Shown: positions 19,258 to 28,138, numbered from the stretch's first letter. The stretch: 64,000 bases of DNA from Nanobdellota archaeon (GCA_021802105.1 JAKAAW010000001.1:8150-72149), one strand, 5' to 3'. Notes: generated by a model from the letters alone, not told the origin. Made by a program: numbers and translations.

Positions 19258-19566
19258 TTACTTGTCTTTTTCTAACTCTTTCTGTGCCTCTTGTAGGTGT
19301 TTTGTCGTCTCCTCGACGGATTTGCTGACTTTCTTAAGCCTGAACTCTAAGATTTCAAGTTTTTCTTTCATAGCCGCTTCTATGTCCATCTTTCCCTTTT
19401 TGATTAAGACCTGCCCCACCATTTCGTATATTTGATCTGACTCAGACGATTTAGCCACTTCGTCGAGAGTTCTTTTTACCTCGTTGTATTGTAGCTGGAA
19501 AGTCTGTTTTTGGGTCATGTCAACCTGCAGCTGCTGTCTTAGATTCTCATATTCCGATTCATTCAT
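19258..19566 (-). CDS. pfdB: prefoldin beta subunit
   Basis: It is a 102-aa all-helical coiled-coil protein, and its position immediately downstream of pcc1/rpoP/L37Ae is the conserved archaeal arrangement. Confidence 0.7.
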   Translation of the reverse strand: MNESEYENLRQQLQVDMTQKQTFQLQYNEVKRTLDEVAKSSESDQIYEMVGQVLIKKGKMDIEAAMKEKLEILEFRLKKVSKSVEETTKHLQEAQKELEKDK

Positions 19567-19811
19567 AGTTCATCTATCTCCTCCATAGTCGATATGGCAT
19601 TAAGATATGTGCTTATTACCGACTGTAATAATTTAGTATTCTTAGTTTTTATGTCTATATACAGGTTGCCACCACTACTTTTTACATCAGCTGAAATCTT
19701 TTCCGTGCTTCTTACATTGTCTAATATGGCAGCACGCACGCTTTTTATAAAATCAGCCTTTCCTTTTAGGACTATTCTTGCACTGTTGTCCTTCTCATCT
19801 GGCTTTGACAT
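19563..19811 (-). CDS. pcc1: KEOPS complex subunit Pcc1-like
   Basis: It is an 82-aa protein in the conserved L37Ae-RpoP-Pcc1-prefoldin beta gene string. Identity is assigned mainly from synteny and size. Confidence 0.45.
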   Translation of the reverse strand: MSKPDEKDNSARIVLKGKADFIKSVRAAILDNVRSTEKISADVKSSGGNLYIDIKTKNTKLLQSVISTYLNAISTMEEIDEL

Positions 19812-19935
19812 GGTGTCCTGTCTCAGGCCGCTTTTTAACTAAGATTCTACCCCCACAGTATGGGCATCTTATTATGTCCTTTATCTCAGTGGAATCGACT
19901 GTTGCACCACACGAAAAACACGAATATCTTACCAT
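19795..19935 (-). CDS. rpoP: DNA-directed RNA polymerase subunit P (Rpb12/RpoP), missed by the ORF track
   Basis: It translates to MVRYSCFSCGATVDSTEIKDIIRCPYCGGRILVKKRPETGHHVKAR. The CxxC...CPYCG zinc ribbon and 46-aa size are typical of RpoP. It overlaps pcc1 by 17 nt and lies directly downstream of rpl37ae. Confidence 0.7.
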   Translation of the reverse strand: MVRYSCFSCGATVDSTEIKDIIRCPYCGGRILVKKRPETGHHVKAR

Positions 19936-19936
19936 A

Positions 19937-20134
19937 TCAGCTCAAAGATTTTACCGTCATTGTATATGCGCCGTCGGCTATCTCTAGTCCACAGCGTTTG
20001 CAGGTCCAGACACCGCTATACAGGCGTTTCATCGATAATTTCCTGCACTGAGGGCATTTGTATTTCTGTGAGCGCAACTGCTCTATCTTTTCAAGTCTCC
20101 TTCTCACACCCACACCGTATCTGGCGGTTCTCAT
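19937..20134 (-). CDS. rpl37ae: 50S ribosomal protein L37Ae
   Basis: It carries 'RTARYGVGVRRRL...KYKCPQCRK...WTCKRCG...AGGAYT', the C4 zinc ribbon of L37Ae. Confidence 0.85.
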   Translation of the reverse strand: MRTARYGVGVRRRLEKIEQLRSQKYKCPQCRKLSMKRLYSGVWTCKRCGLEIADGAYTMTVKSLS

Positions 20135-20230
20135 ATTCTTTTCTTTTGAAAGTTCAGCTATTTAAAGCTTAAAAAAGCGTAAATTTCACATTTTGAAACA
20201 GATTTATATTACGTAATTGGTTTAATAGCT

Positions 20231-21232
20231 ATGAAAAATTCAGCAGCTCTACCCCTATTGGTGATCGCATTGCTGGTTATAGGGGCGTCATACGGATTTT
20301 CACAGTCTTTGTCTGGGTTGCCGAGCGGAATAAGTGGCGCAGGCGTCGCCTACATAAATATAACCGATATGATAACACAGTCGTCTTCCACCTCTGCTTT
20401 GGTAGGCGTAACCTATACAGTAAGATACAACGGCTCAGGAAATCTTAATTTCACACTGATAAAGGCGAATGACATAAAGCTGCTGAAGAACGGCACGGCT
20501 TATAAATTTTCCAGGATTCTGTCCCCTACATGTACGGTATTTCTGCAGGAATCTGTAAACTGTACGACTATACTCATAAACAATGCAACTTACAACGACG
20601 TGTTTACGCTCTCCTATGATTATAGAATGGATTATCCCATAAACAACAAGGACATATTCAATTACACGTTTGTTTTCATACCGTCGACCCCGACGCAACT
20701 TAACATTAAAACTTTTCTTCCTCAAGGCGCATTCCTTCCTAATTCAACATACTATAGCCCATCCAACGCAGTCTTCACTTCAAATGGAAACACTATAGAA
20801 GTAGTATGGTCCCTTTTTCAGGTGACAGCGGCTCCTCTTCCTCTTCCATTCTCAGTTTCCTATGAGCTAAATTCTTTTAGTCCAAACGCCTCTGGCTTTC
20901 CAATAAACGCCGGTACTGTCATTATAATAATTATAGTAATAATCTTGGTACTAATGGGCATAGTTGTTTTAACCAAGAACAGGAAGGGAAAACCAGACAT
21001 CAAAGAAGCCAAACCAAAAAAGAGAACTAGCCCTCTCGTAAAGGTTCTAAACGACAATGAGAGAAGAATACTGGGAATGCTAAAGAGAGATGCATTTATA
21101 ACGCAGAAAGAACTTACATCAAAAACGGGTTTCTCCAAGGCCAAGATGAGTAAAATACTGTCAAAACTATCTAGGCTTAAATTGATAAAAGTAAAACCAG
21201 ATGGCAGACTTAACAAAATCAAGAGAGTCTAA
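20231..21232 (+). CDS. transmembrane one-component regulator: signal peptide, ~200-aa extracellular domain, one TM segment and a cytoplasmic winged-HTH
   Basis: Its N-terminus is signal-like (ALPLLVIALLVIGASYG), it has N-x-S/T sequons, and it has a TM segment 'VIIIIIVIILVLMGIVVL'. The C-terminus 'NERRILGMLKRDAFITQKELTSKTGFSKAKMSKILSKLSRLKLIKVKPDGR' has the pattern of a MarR/TrmB-like wHTH. Confidence 0.5.
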   Translation: MKNSAALPLLVIALLVIGASYGFSQSLSGLPSGISGAGVAYINITDMITQSSSTSALVGVTYTVRYNGSGNLNFTLIKANDIKLLKNGTAYKFSRILSPTCTVFLQESVNCTTILINNATYNDVFTLSYDYRMDYPINNKDIFNYTFVFIPSTPTQLNIKTFLPQGAFLPNSTYYSPSNAVFTSNGNTIEVVWSLFQVTAAPLPLPFSVSYELNSFSPNASGFPINAGTVIIIIIVIILVLMGIVVLTKNRKGKPDIKEAKPKKRTSPLVKVLNDNERRILGMLKRDAFITQKELTSKTGFSKAKMSKILSKLSRLKLIKVKPDGRLNKIKRV

Positions 21233-21234
21233 CC

Positions 21235-21564
21235 ATGCAAAACAAGGTCAAAGGTTACCGTGCCGAAAGAAAGATGAGATTAATCCTTGAGGGTTATGGC
21301 TGGAAAGTAGTCAGGGCTGGCGGTAGCTTGGGCGAATATGATATAATTGCCTTCAAAGAGGGAAAGTGCATCTTTTTTCAGGTAAAATCGACGGGGAGGG
21401 AAGTATTTTATTACTATGGTTATCCTGAAGACACATATGAGGGTTTTCCATTTAGATTGATAGTTGACTTTGGCAGAGGGTGCGTCAGGGTTTTAAAGCC
21501 GAAAAAGACAGTACGAAAGGACGATGGGGAAGATTTCAGCGAGTTTGTCCGTTCACAGTCATAA
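21235..21564 (+). CDS. hjc: Holliday-junction-resolvase-like (Hjc family, PD-(D/E)xK fold) nuclease with Q in place of the usual catalytic E
   Basis: 'YRAERKMRLILEGYGWKVVRAGGSLGEYDIIAFKEGKCIFFQVKST' parallels the Hjc 'RAxGS..DxxA...xxxIEVKS' core. However, the E-x-K position reads Q-V-K. Confidence 0.55.
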   Translation: MQNKVKGYRAERKMRLILEGYGWKVVRAGGSLGEYDIIAFKEGKCIFFQVKSTGREVFYYYGYPEDTYEGFPFRLIVDFGRGCVRVLKPKKTVRKDDGEDFSEFVRSQS

Positions 21565-21709
21565 ACTCGCAGTGAAACAGTTTCCAACAGTTTCATAGGA
21601 GTCTTTTAATAATAACATTTTGTAATGGAATTTATTAAAAGATGGTTTTTGTGTTTACTCGGGCACAAAAGCCGTCTTTTTTATTTTTCTTTGCGTTAAG
21701 TTTAAATTT

Positions 21710-21874
21710 TTACCCAAACACTGTAGACGCTACCAATACAACTGTTATAAGTGCTACACCCAGAACTATAACAACATACGGTTTAATGGTTATCTTACTT
21801 TTGTACTCTGAGTAATACTGTACCAGTCCTCCAAACGATGATGGCATCCTCGCTTGTCCTTTCTTCCCTAACAT
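21710..21874 (-). CDS. secG: preprotein translocase Sec61 beta / SecG (archaeal), missed by the ORF track
   Basis: It translates to MLGKKGQARMPSSFGGLVQYYSEYKSKITIKPYVVIVLGVALITVVLVASTVFG. The 'SSxGLxxY..E....I.I.P..V' pattern plus a C-terminal TM helix is the Sec61-beta signature. The internal Met (MPSS...) is an alternative start. Confidence 0.6.
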   Translation of the reverse strand: MLGKKGQARMPSSFGGLVQYYSEYKSKITIKPYVVIVLGVALITVVLVASTVFG

Positions 21875-21884
21875 AACTTATACT

Positions 21885-22427
21885 CTAAACAGCTTTGTTA
21901 TTAAAGCTTTCCACGTGCGTCATTTCTTTCAGAGCAGGGATAGATGTCTGCGCAGCACCCGTATGGACATCAAGTGGATAACCTATAGGTATAATCCCTC
22001 TAATAACGTACTTGTTAGGGATATTTAATAGCTTTTTAACAAGATCCTGCTGCACAGTCGCTATCCATGCGCTACCAAGCCCCTGTTCAGCAGCGTAAAG
22101 TAATATGTTCTCAATTGCCAGAGATGCGTTTTCTATGCAGAAAGTTCTTGTATCTTCCGCATCGAACGCAGCATTAAGTTTTGACGGGTCGCACATAACT
22201 ATTATTATGAATGGGGCGGAGTTTATATTAGGAGTCAGGCACAATTTGCTTATTTCATCCTTTTTCGGCTGTTCTGAAACAACAACAAATTCGTATTCAT
22301 GTATTCCACCTGCAGCAGGAGCCAAGCGTGCCGCATCTAATGCCTTTATTATGGTTTCCTCCTTAACGAGCTTTGATGAGAAAGAGTATACGGTGTTTCT
22401 GTTCTTTATTATATCATACAGGTCCAT
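21885..22427 (-). CDS. nitroreductase-family (FMN-dependent) protein
   Basis: It is 180 aa, with 'RNTVYSFSSKLV..E.I.KALDAARLAPAAGGIHEYEFVVV' and 'NASLAIENILLYAAEQGLGSAWI' typical of the nitroreductase fold. Confidence 0.7.
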   Translation of the reverse strand: MDLYDIIKNRNTVYSFSSKLVKEETIIKALDAARLAPAAGGIHEYEFVVVSEQPKKDEISKLCLTPNINSAPFIIIVMCDPSKLNAAFDAEDTRTFCIENASLAIENILLYAAEQGLGSAWIATVQQDLVKKLLNIPNKYVIRGIIPIGYPLDVHTGAAQTSIPALKEMTHVESFNNKAV

Positions 22428-22476
22428 ATACTATAGAATATGAAAATACATTAATTTATAGATGTTTAGGCTTGCC

Positions 22477-22668
22477 TTAAGAATAATTCTCGATAAGTTC
22501 TGCTAGGATGTTCGATTTGCCGCCGGTCGACTTGGCTAGCATTTCATCACATACCAGGCACTTCACATCTGAAGCTGCTTTTGTAAATATTATCTGCTCA
22601 TTCTTGCACTTAGGGCATCTCACTTTTGCAAAATGACTCTCCGTCGGTTTAAAAACTATCTCTTCCAT
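22477..22668 (-). CDS. rps27e: 30S ribosomal protein S27e
   Basis: 'VRCPKCKNEQIIFTKAASDVKCLVCDEMLAKSTGGK' is the C4 zinc finger of S27e. Confidence 0.85.
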   Translation of the reverse strand: MEEIVFKPTESHFAKVRCPKCKNEQIIFTKAASDVKCLVCDEMLAKSTGGKSNILAELIENYS

Positions 22669-22669
22669 A

Positions 22670-22963
22670 TCATTTGATTTCTATCTTCTTGGCTTTGTTG
22701 CCACGAGATTGTGTCGTCATTTTACCGCATTTCGTGCATTTATATCTTATATCATATCTTTTCGTCTGCTTTACACCCATTCGTTTGGCGTGCTCGAACA
22801 TCGGGTAAGGCGTTGATCCATATCCGTGCTCTATGTTGTAGAGCTTCCTACGACTGCCAGCAGTCATAGTACCTCTCTTTCCACCCTTTACCTGGACGAC
22901 CTTCTGCAGAGTGTGTTCTTTGCAGTGCGGGCAATATCTCTTTACTTGACTTGGGAACTTCAT
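22670..22963 (-). CDS. rpl44e: 50S ribosomal protein L44e
   Basis: 'MKFPSQVKRYCPHCKEHT...KGGKRG...YKCTKCGK' matches L44e. It forms the conserved L44e-S27e operon. Confidence 0.85.
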   Translation of the reverse strand: MKFPSQVKRYCPHCKEHTLQKVVQVKGGKRGTMTAGSRRKLYNIEHGYGSTPYPMFEHAKRMGVKQTKRYDIRYKCTKCGKMTTQSRGNKAKKIEIK

Positions 22964-23054
22964 TTCCTTTTATAAGAAACCACCTATTTAAATGTTTTCC
23001 TTTCTTGGAAAGCGCTAAAATTAGCGGTTATGTCATAAACGATATAAATGTGCG

Positions 23055-25493
23055 GTGCGTTCTACCTCTATGAGATTTTATGCAGCACCCTTGCTCATAA
23101 TTATATTAGTACTGTCTGTAGGCGCATCCCACGGCGCGCAGATATCACTAAACATTCATGAGATACCCTTTTCCGGTGTTTCGTGCACTGACCTTTCACC
23201 GTCACAGATCCAAAATGCGTACGGTTTTAACTCTCTATACAATATGGGCATCAATGGAAATGGCCAAAACGTAGCAATAGTTGTTGCTCAGGGCGATCCA
23301 ACTTTGTCCAGCGACTTGGCGGCTTTTGACTCACAATATGGTCTACCATCCCTCGTGAACGGGTCTAATCTTATACTATCTTACCCTTTCGGAGATCCAT
23401 CTTTTAATTCAAAGAACTGGACTGTCGAGACAGCCTTAGACGTTGAAGTTGTTCATTCTCTTGCGCCGCGTGCAAATATATATTTGGTAATAGCGCCAAA
23501 CGACAGCTGGCTGTTCAATGCGGTTAACTATACTATACAAAATTTGCCAGTACAAGTTATCTCACTTAGCTGGGGTGCCTCTGAGCAGTATTATTCCGCT
23601 TCTCAGGTAAACCAGATTAATAATATACTCTCTGCTGCACAAGAGAGGCACATAAGCATATTTGCGGCAAGTGGAGACAGTGGCGCGTACAATGGGTTAT
23701 CTACTTTAAATGTGAATTTCCCAGCATCCAGTCAGTATGTCATTGGGGTTGGAGGAACATCTCTATCTGCTACCTCTTCAGGCTCTTACCTAAGCGAAAC
23801 CGCTTGGAGTGGAAGCGGTGGTGGCTACAGTGCGTTCTTTCCAAAACCAGCACCTCAGCCGAATATAAGTTCTTACAGAATGGTACCTGATGTGTCTTTT
23901 AACGCAGGTACTCCCATATGTGCTTATATAAGTTCTGCTTGGGGAGGGTATTATGGTACTAGCGTAGCCGCCCCATCATGGGCAGCCATCAGTGCTCTTG
24001 TAGATCAGAGAGGAGGCGGCAGCGGAGTGGTGTCACTGAAAAGTCTTTATAGCGCGTTCTATTCCGAAGGAGGCATTGCGTATAATCTGATAAGCAGCGG
24101 CAACAACGGCTATTACTCTGCGAACGGCGGATACAGTCTGGTAACCGGGATAGGTAGTCCTAAAGTATATGCTCTAGCGCAGATACTAACAAAGGCATCA
24201 TACAAAATATCCTTTTCTGCGCTGGGTGCTGGCGCAGTTTTCGATATAAACGGAATAAACTACTCTGCACCATTTTCTCTAAATTTCAGTTACGGCCAGA
24301 AGGTATCCATGGGTGTATATGCACCATCCCATAATATGAGTAAGCGCTACGCTTTCGTTTCATACAGAGGTTTTTACAACTCAACGAATAGGACCGCAGA
24401 GTTTTATGTTGATAGCTCTGGAAACGTGACAGCTAATTTCAAAACACAGTTCGCAATAAATGAGGTTAATATAGGTGGTAACGTTAACACCACTGTATAT
24501 GCAGATAATGGAACATACTTTACCGCTTCCAGCCAGCTAAACTACATCCTATCAGGGAAAAGCTTTTCCCTTGTCGGGATAAAAATAGGTGAAAATAGCT
24601 TGGTGTACAATTCGTCTCTCCGCTTCTTTGTCAGCTCGCCTACAAGGGTCAATTTTTTGTGGAGAATAGGCAGCGTGTCAAAATTCATAATATCTGGTGT
24701 ACCACAGGGTGCCAGAGCCACCGTAAACTATACTAATTACGTTCCGCTCTCCAACAGAACAAGTACATACACAGCACTGGTCGGAAACGGAGAATCTATA
24801 CCCGTTATAGTAGGATCGAAACTGAATTACAGTGGACAGATATACCTCTCTGGATATAGATATTTTCTCCAGCCATCCAGTATCTTATCTGCGCCGGGCA
24901 TACAACTGAGTTTTGTAAAAGAATTCAGATATGTACTAACTTTCGTGTCAGCGGATAATTCAACGCTTTCTCCCACGGAAATATCCGTACTAAGTGCGTC
25001 TGCAAATAGTACCTTTTCCAACGATACAATATGGGTCCCTATCAGTGAGAATTTTAAGGTAAGTTCCGTGGAGCTTAACAATAACGGCTTCAACGCTTTA
25101 AACCACAACATAACCCTGTCTCAATACAACTATAGCTCTCCGATAAAACTACCGGTGTCCGATGTTAGCGTTCTAGTCAAGTTATATTTAGGTATACCAG
25201 TTATAGGCGCAGCCGTAAAGTTCAGTTATGACAACCTGTCGATAGAGAACTCTACAAGCAATCTTGGATCGGCACAGTTCAGCGATGTACCGAATTCTGG
25301 GTACAGTATAACAATAATGGCGTATGGGAGCAACTATACATTCTCAAATGTTTATGGTAAGAACCCGTCGTTCCAGATAAATCCTTTTATGTACCAATTA
25401 TATGTCGCGATAGCAGCGATAAGTCTTGTAATACTAATCTTTTCCGTGTGGGAAGAGCTTATGCACAGGAAAAAGAAGAGAAGCGCACAATAG
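23055..25493 (+). CDS. sedolisin-type (S53 family) serine-carboxyl peptidase, secreted, with a long C-terminal extension and a C-terminal membrane anchor
   Basis: It has a signal peptide (LLIIILVLSVGASHG) and a pro-region. Catalytic-domain motifs are 'SLSWGASE', 'FAASGDSGAY', 'GGTSLSAT' and 'YGTSVAAPSWAAISALV' (the S53 catalytic Ser in GTSxAAP). A ~450-aa S/N-rich extension follows, ending in a TM helix (LYVAIAAISLVILIFSVW) and a KKKR tail. Confidence 0.75.
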   Translation: MRSTSMRFYAAPLLIIILVLSVGASHGAQISLNIHEIPFSGVSCTDLSPSQIQNAYGFNSLYNMGINGNGQNVAIVVAQGDPTLSSDLAAFDSQYGLPSLVNGSNLILSYPFGDPSFNSKNWTVETALDVEVVHSLAPRANIYLVIAPNDSWLFNAVNYTIQNLPVQVISLSWGASEQYYSASQVNQINNILSAAQERHISIFAASGDSGAYNGLSTLNVNFPASSQYVIGVGGTSLSATSSGSYLSETAWSGSGGGYSAFFPKPAPQPNISSYRMVPDVSFNAGTPICAYISSAWGGYYGTSVAAPSWAAISALVDQRGGGSGVVSLKSLYSAFYSEGGIAYNLISSGNNGYYSANGGYSLVTGIGSPKVYALAQILTKASYKISFSALGAGAVFDINGINYSAPFSLNFSYGQKVSMGVYAPSHNMSKRYAFVSYRGFYNSTNRTAEFYVDSSGNVTANFKTQFAINEVNIGGNVNTTVYADNGTYFTASSQLNYILSGKSFSLVGIKIGENSLVYNSSLRFFVSSPTRVNFLWRIGSVSKFIISGVPQGARATVNYTNYVPLSNRTSTYTALVGNGESIPVIVGSKLNYSGQIYLSGYRYFLQPSSILSAPGIQLSFVKEFRYVLTFVSADNSTLSPTEISVLSASANSTFSNDTIWVPISENFKVSSVELNNNGFNALNHNITLSQYNYSSPIKLPVSDVSVLVKLYLGIPVIGAAVKFSYDNLSIENSTSNLGSAQFSDVPNSGYSITIMAYGSNYTFSNVYGKNPSFQINPFMYQLYVAIAAISLVILIFSVWEELMHRKKKRSAQ

Positions 25494-25508
25494 CTATTAT
25501 TTATAAAG

Positions 25509-25848
25509 TATGAGCGGAAAACTCACGATTTGAATCGTGGGATGAAAGCGGACTCAGAAATGGAAAACATAAATAGCGAAAGAGGTAGAATAACGATATG
25601 TTGACAGCATACAGGTTCAGATTGTATCCAAACAAAGAGCAAATAGAGACATTCTCCAAGTACTTCGGTTGCAGCAGAGTGGTATGGAACAAAGCCCTAG
25701 AGTTGAGAGAAAGCTATCACAAAGAGCATAAAAATGATAGGGTCTACGAGCCACGGTCTAGAGAAACAGGAACTATACGCCATGAGAAAGCTCAAGCTTT
25801 CAACAGGGGCTGGAATATCATGAATTCATTTGTGGGAGGATGTCACAA
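25509..25848 (+). mobile_element. degenerate IS200/IS605-family element remnant (MITE-like), copy B, with left and right subterminal hairpins
   Basis: It carries an LE-like hairpin ctcacgat-ttga-atcgtggg at 25522-25541. The tnpB 5' ORF (25598-25852) starts MLTAYRFRLYPNKEQIETFSKYFGCSRVVWNKALELRE, a typical TnpB N-terminus. A RE-like hairpin gaaagc-tcaa-gctttc lies at 25786-25801. The element ends 'gggaggatgtcacaat', the same terminus as copy A. Confidence 0.6.
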
Positions 25849-25852
25849 TTAA
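25598..25852 (+). pseudogene. tnpB: tnpB (IS605 OrfB) 5' fragment (84 codons), lacking the RuvC and zinc-finger regions
   Basis: The N-terminal motif MLTAYRFRLYPNKEQ is present. The ORF terminates after 84 aa, whereas intact TnpB is ~400 aa. Confidence 0.55.
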
Positions 25853-25888
25853 GGAGGTAAATCATTATATGGACAGACTCAGCATCTT

Positions 25889-28138
25889 ATGGAAGCAAAA
25901 AACAAAGATTATACAATAAATAGGGAAGAAGGTGAGATAGCACTCACTTACAAGGTACCACTGAGCGTCCTGTATCCAAACCCGGAGGACAACGAGAATA
26001 TATTCAGCAAAATAGTCAGTGCTATAATCGAATCTGGAAGCATAACATCCCTTATAATCATAAGCGACAGAAACTATGTTTACGTAAAAGATTCCGTTGA
26101 GCTTCTCAACGACCTAGCTGAACAATACAAGAACATCCTGCAATCGGACATATCAAAACCTTTCGACGCAGAGACTCAGCGCGCCCTTCCAGACGAAATG
26201 TCTATGTTCAATTATATTCTGTTCGATCGCCTGAAGATGGACCCAGTAGGCGCTTACGTTACAGGAGTCCGTGCCTTGAGAGAACTTAAGGTTAAAGCTA
26301 GAGCGTCTCCATCGTCGTCACTTGACCTCTTTGTGGAGAGGATGGACTCTCTAATGAGCCGCATAAGCGCTCTTAAGATTGTTCAGAAAAGCATGGCGTT
26401 TGTACTCGGTTACAAAATAGGAGACAGGACTCCATATAAGGCGCTCTTTAAGCCGCTTATACGACCTAATTTCACTTACACACGAATAATGTCTGAGCCA
26501 CCCATGTCCGCCATAGAAGTTGAGACGTACAAACTTAAGAATTCGGAAGGCACCGACGTTACCATATATAGGTTGCCAGGTATGTCACAATATCTCTATC
26601 ATATGTCCCCTCCAGAGCTGCTTTTGAATGTCGATGAATACAACATTCTTGACCAGGTAAGAACCGCTCTTATAGACTACAAACCGCAGGAGACGGAATT
26701 CACGGACCCTCTTAGGATGCGTGAGGTATTCTATAACATAGCAATAGACATGATAAGTGATATAAGCGAAAAAGAAGGTTATAGGCTTGCGTTCAGGGAC
26801 ATAGAGAAGTTAGCCAGCATATTAGTGAGACTGACCGTCGGATTTGGAATGACGGAGGTTATCCTTTCTGATGACAGGGTAGAGGACGTGTATATAAACG
26901 CTCCGATAAGTAAATCACCACTGTTTGTAAAACACGCAACGTATGGTGAATGCTCGACAAATATAATACCTAATGCAAAAGAAGTAGATGCTTGGGCCTC
27001 CAGGTTTAGGTTACTGTCTGGGAGACCTCTCGATGAGGGTCACCCTGTACTTGATACAGAGTTGATAACACAAAAGATACGTTCAAGGGTCGCAATAACT
27101 CAGCGTCCGCTGTCACCGAATGGTCTAAGCATAGCTTTCAGGCGGCACAGGGAAGCCCCATGGACTCTGCCGCTGTTCGTAAATAATAAGATGATATCGC
27201 CTATTGCAGCAGGTCTCCTATGGTTCTGTGTTGAAGGGGCACGTTCAGTTTTAATCAATGGTACAAGAGGCGCCGGTAAGACGTCACTTCTTACAGCACT
27301 TATGCTTATGATGATGAAGAAATACAGGATAATAACTGTAGAGGATACTCTTGAGATACCGACGGATGTGTTCAACGACATAGGTTATGATATTCTATCC
27401 ATGAAAGTACAGAGTGCGATAGTCGGCGAGAAAGCAGAGATGTCTGCAGAAGAAGGGATAAGGACGACCCTAAGGTTAGGTGACAGTGCGCTTATAGTCG
27501 GAGAGGTTAGAAGCACAGAAGCCAGGGCTCTTTATGAAGCCATGAGAGTTGGCGCGCTTTCCAATGTGGTTATGGGTACAATACATGGAGAGAGCCCTTA
27601 CGGAGTATTTGACAGAGTAGTCAATGATCTCGGTGTTCCGAAGACAAGTTTTAAGGCCACTGACCTCATAGTCTCAGTTAATAAAATAAAGAGCGTGGAC
27701 AGATTGACTGAGAGAAGAAGAGTGCTTGCAATAACAGAAGTAAGAAAGGACTGGTCGGACGACCCCAAGTATGAAAACGGGTTCGTCGATCTAGTCAAGT
27801 ACGATATAGAGAATGATATGCTAGTCCCTACAAATGATCTTCTTGAGGGCAACAGTTACATAGTCAAGGAAATCGCTTCAAAAGTAGAGGGATGGGCTGG
27901 TGATTGGGACGCAGTACTTGATAACATACAGGCAAGGGGGGAAATTTTAAAGATGATATCTGACTATGCAGATAAGACTGGTGATAGAGATATCTTGGAA
28001 GCCAAAGCCTCGACGGAAGCAGTCGATCAATATTATGAAATAGTAAACAAACTAAATGAAGAATTGGGGAGACCGCCGGACGGCAAAAGAATAGTGAGGG
28101 CGTTTGAATTATGGATAAAGGGAAGAAAACAAAGGTAA
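25889..28138 (+). CDS. type II/IV secretion-system ATPase of the FlaI/ArlI-PilB-VirB11 superfamily with an extended (~450-aa) N-terminal region
   Basis: It has a Walker A 'GTRGAGKTSLLTAL' followed by the 'ITVEDTLEI' Asp box, a 'LIVGEVRSTEA' Walker B / His-box region and 'GTIHGESP'. Its 749-aa length is ~200 aa longer than canonical FlaI. Confidence 0.8.
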   Translation: MEAKNKDYTINREEGEIALTYKVPLSVLYPNPEDNENIFSKIVSAIIESGSITSLIIISDRNYVYVKDSVELLNDLAEQYKNILQSDISKPFDAETQRALPDEMSMFNYILFDRLKMDPVGAYVTGVRALRELKVKARASPSSSLDLFVERMDSLMSRISALKIVQKSMAFVLGYKIGDRTPYKALFKPLIRPNFTYTRIMSEPPMSAIEVETYKLKNSEGTDVTIYRLPGMSQYLYHMSPPELLLNVDEYNILDQVRTALIDYKPQETEFTDPLRMREVFYNIAIDMISDISEKEGYRLAFRDIEKLASILVRLTVGFGMTEVILSDDRVEDVYINAPISKSPLFVKHATYGECSTNIIPNAKEVDAWASRFRLLSGRPLDEGHPVLDTELITQKIRSRVAITQRPLSPNGLSIAFRRHREAPWTLPLFVNNKMISPIAAGLLWFCVEGARSVLINGTRGAGKTSLLTALMLMMMKKYRIITVEDTLEIPTDVFNDIGYDILSMKVQSAIVGEKAEMSAEEGIRTTLRLGDSALIVGEVRSTEARALYEAMRVGALSNVVMGTIHGESPYGVFDRVVNDLGVPKTSFKATDLIVSVNKIKSVDRLTERRRVLAITEVRKDWSDDPKYENGFVDLVKYDIENDMLVPTNDLLEGNSYIVKEIASKVEGWAGDWDAVLDNIQARGEILKMISDYADKTGDRDILEAKASTEAVDQYYEIVNKLNEELGRPPDGKRIVRAFELWIKGRKQR

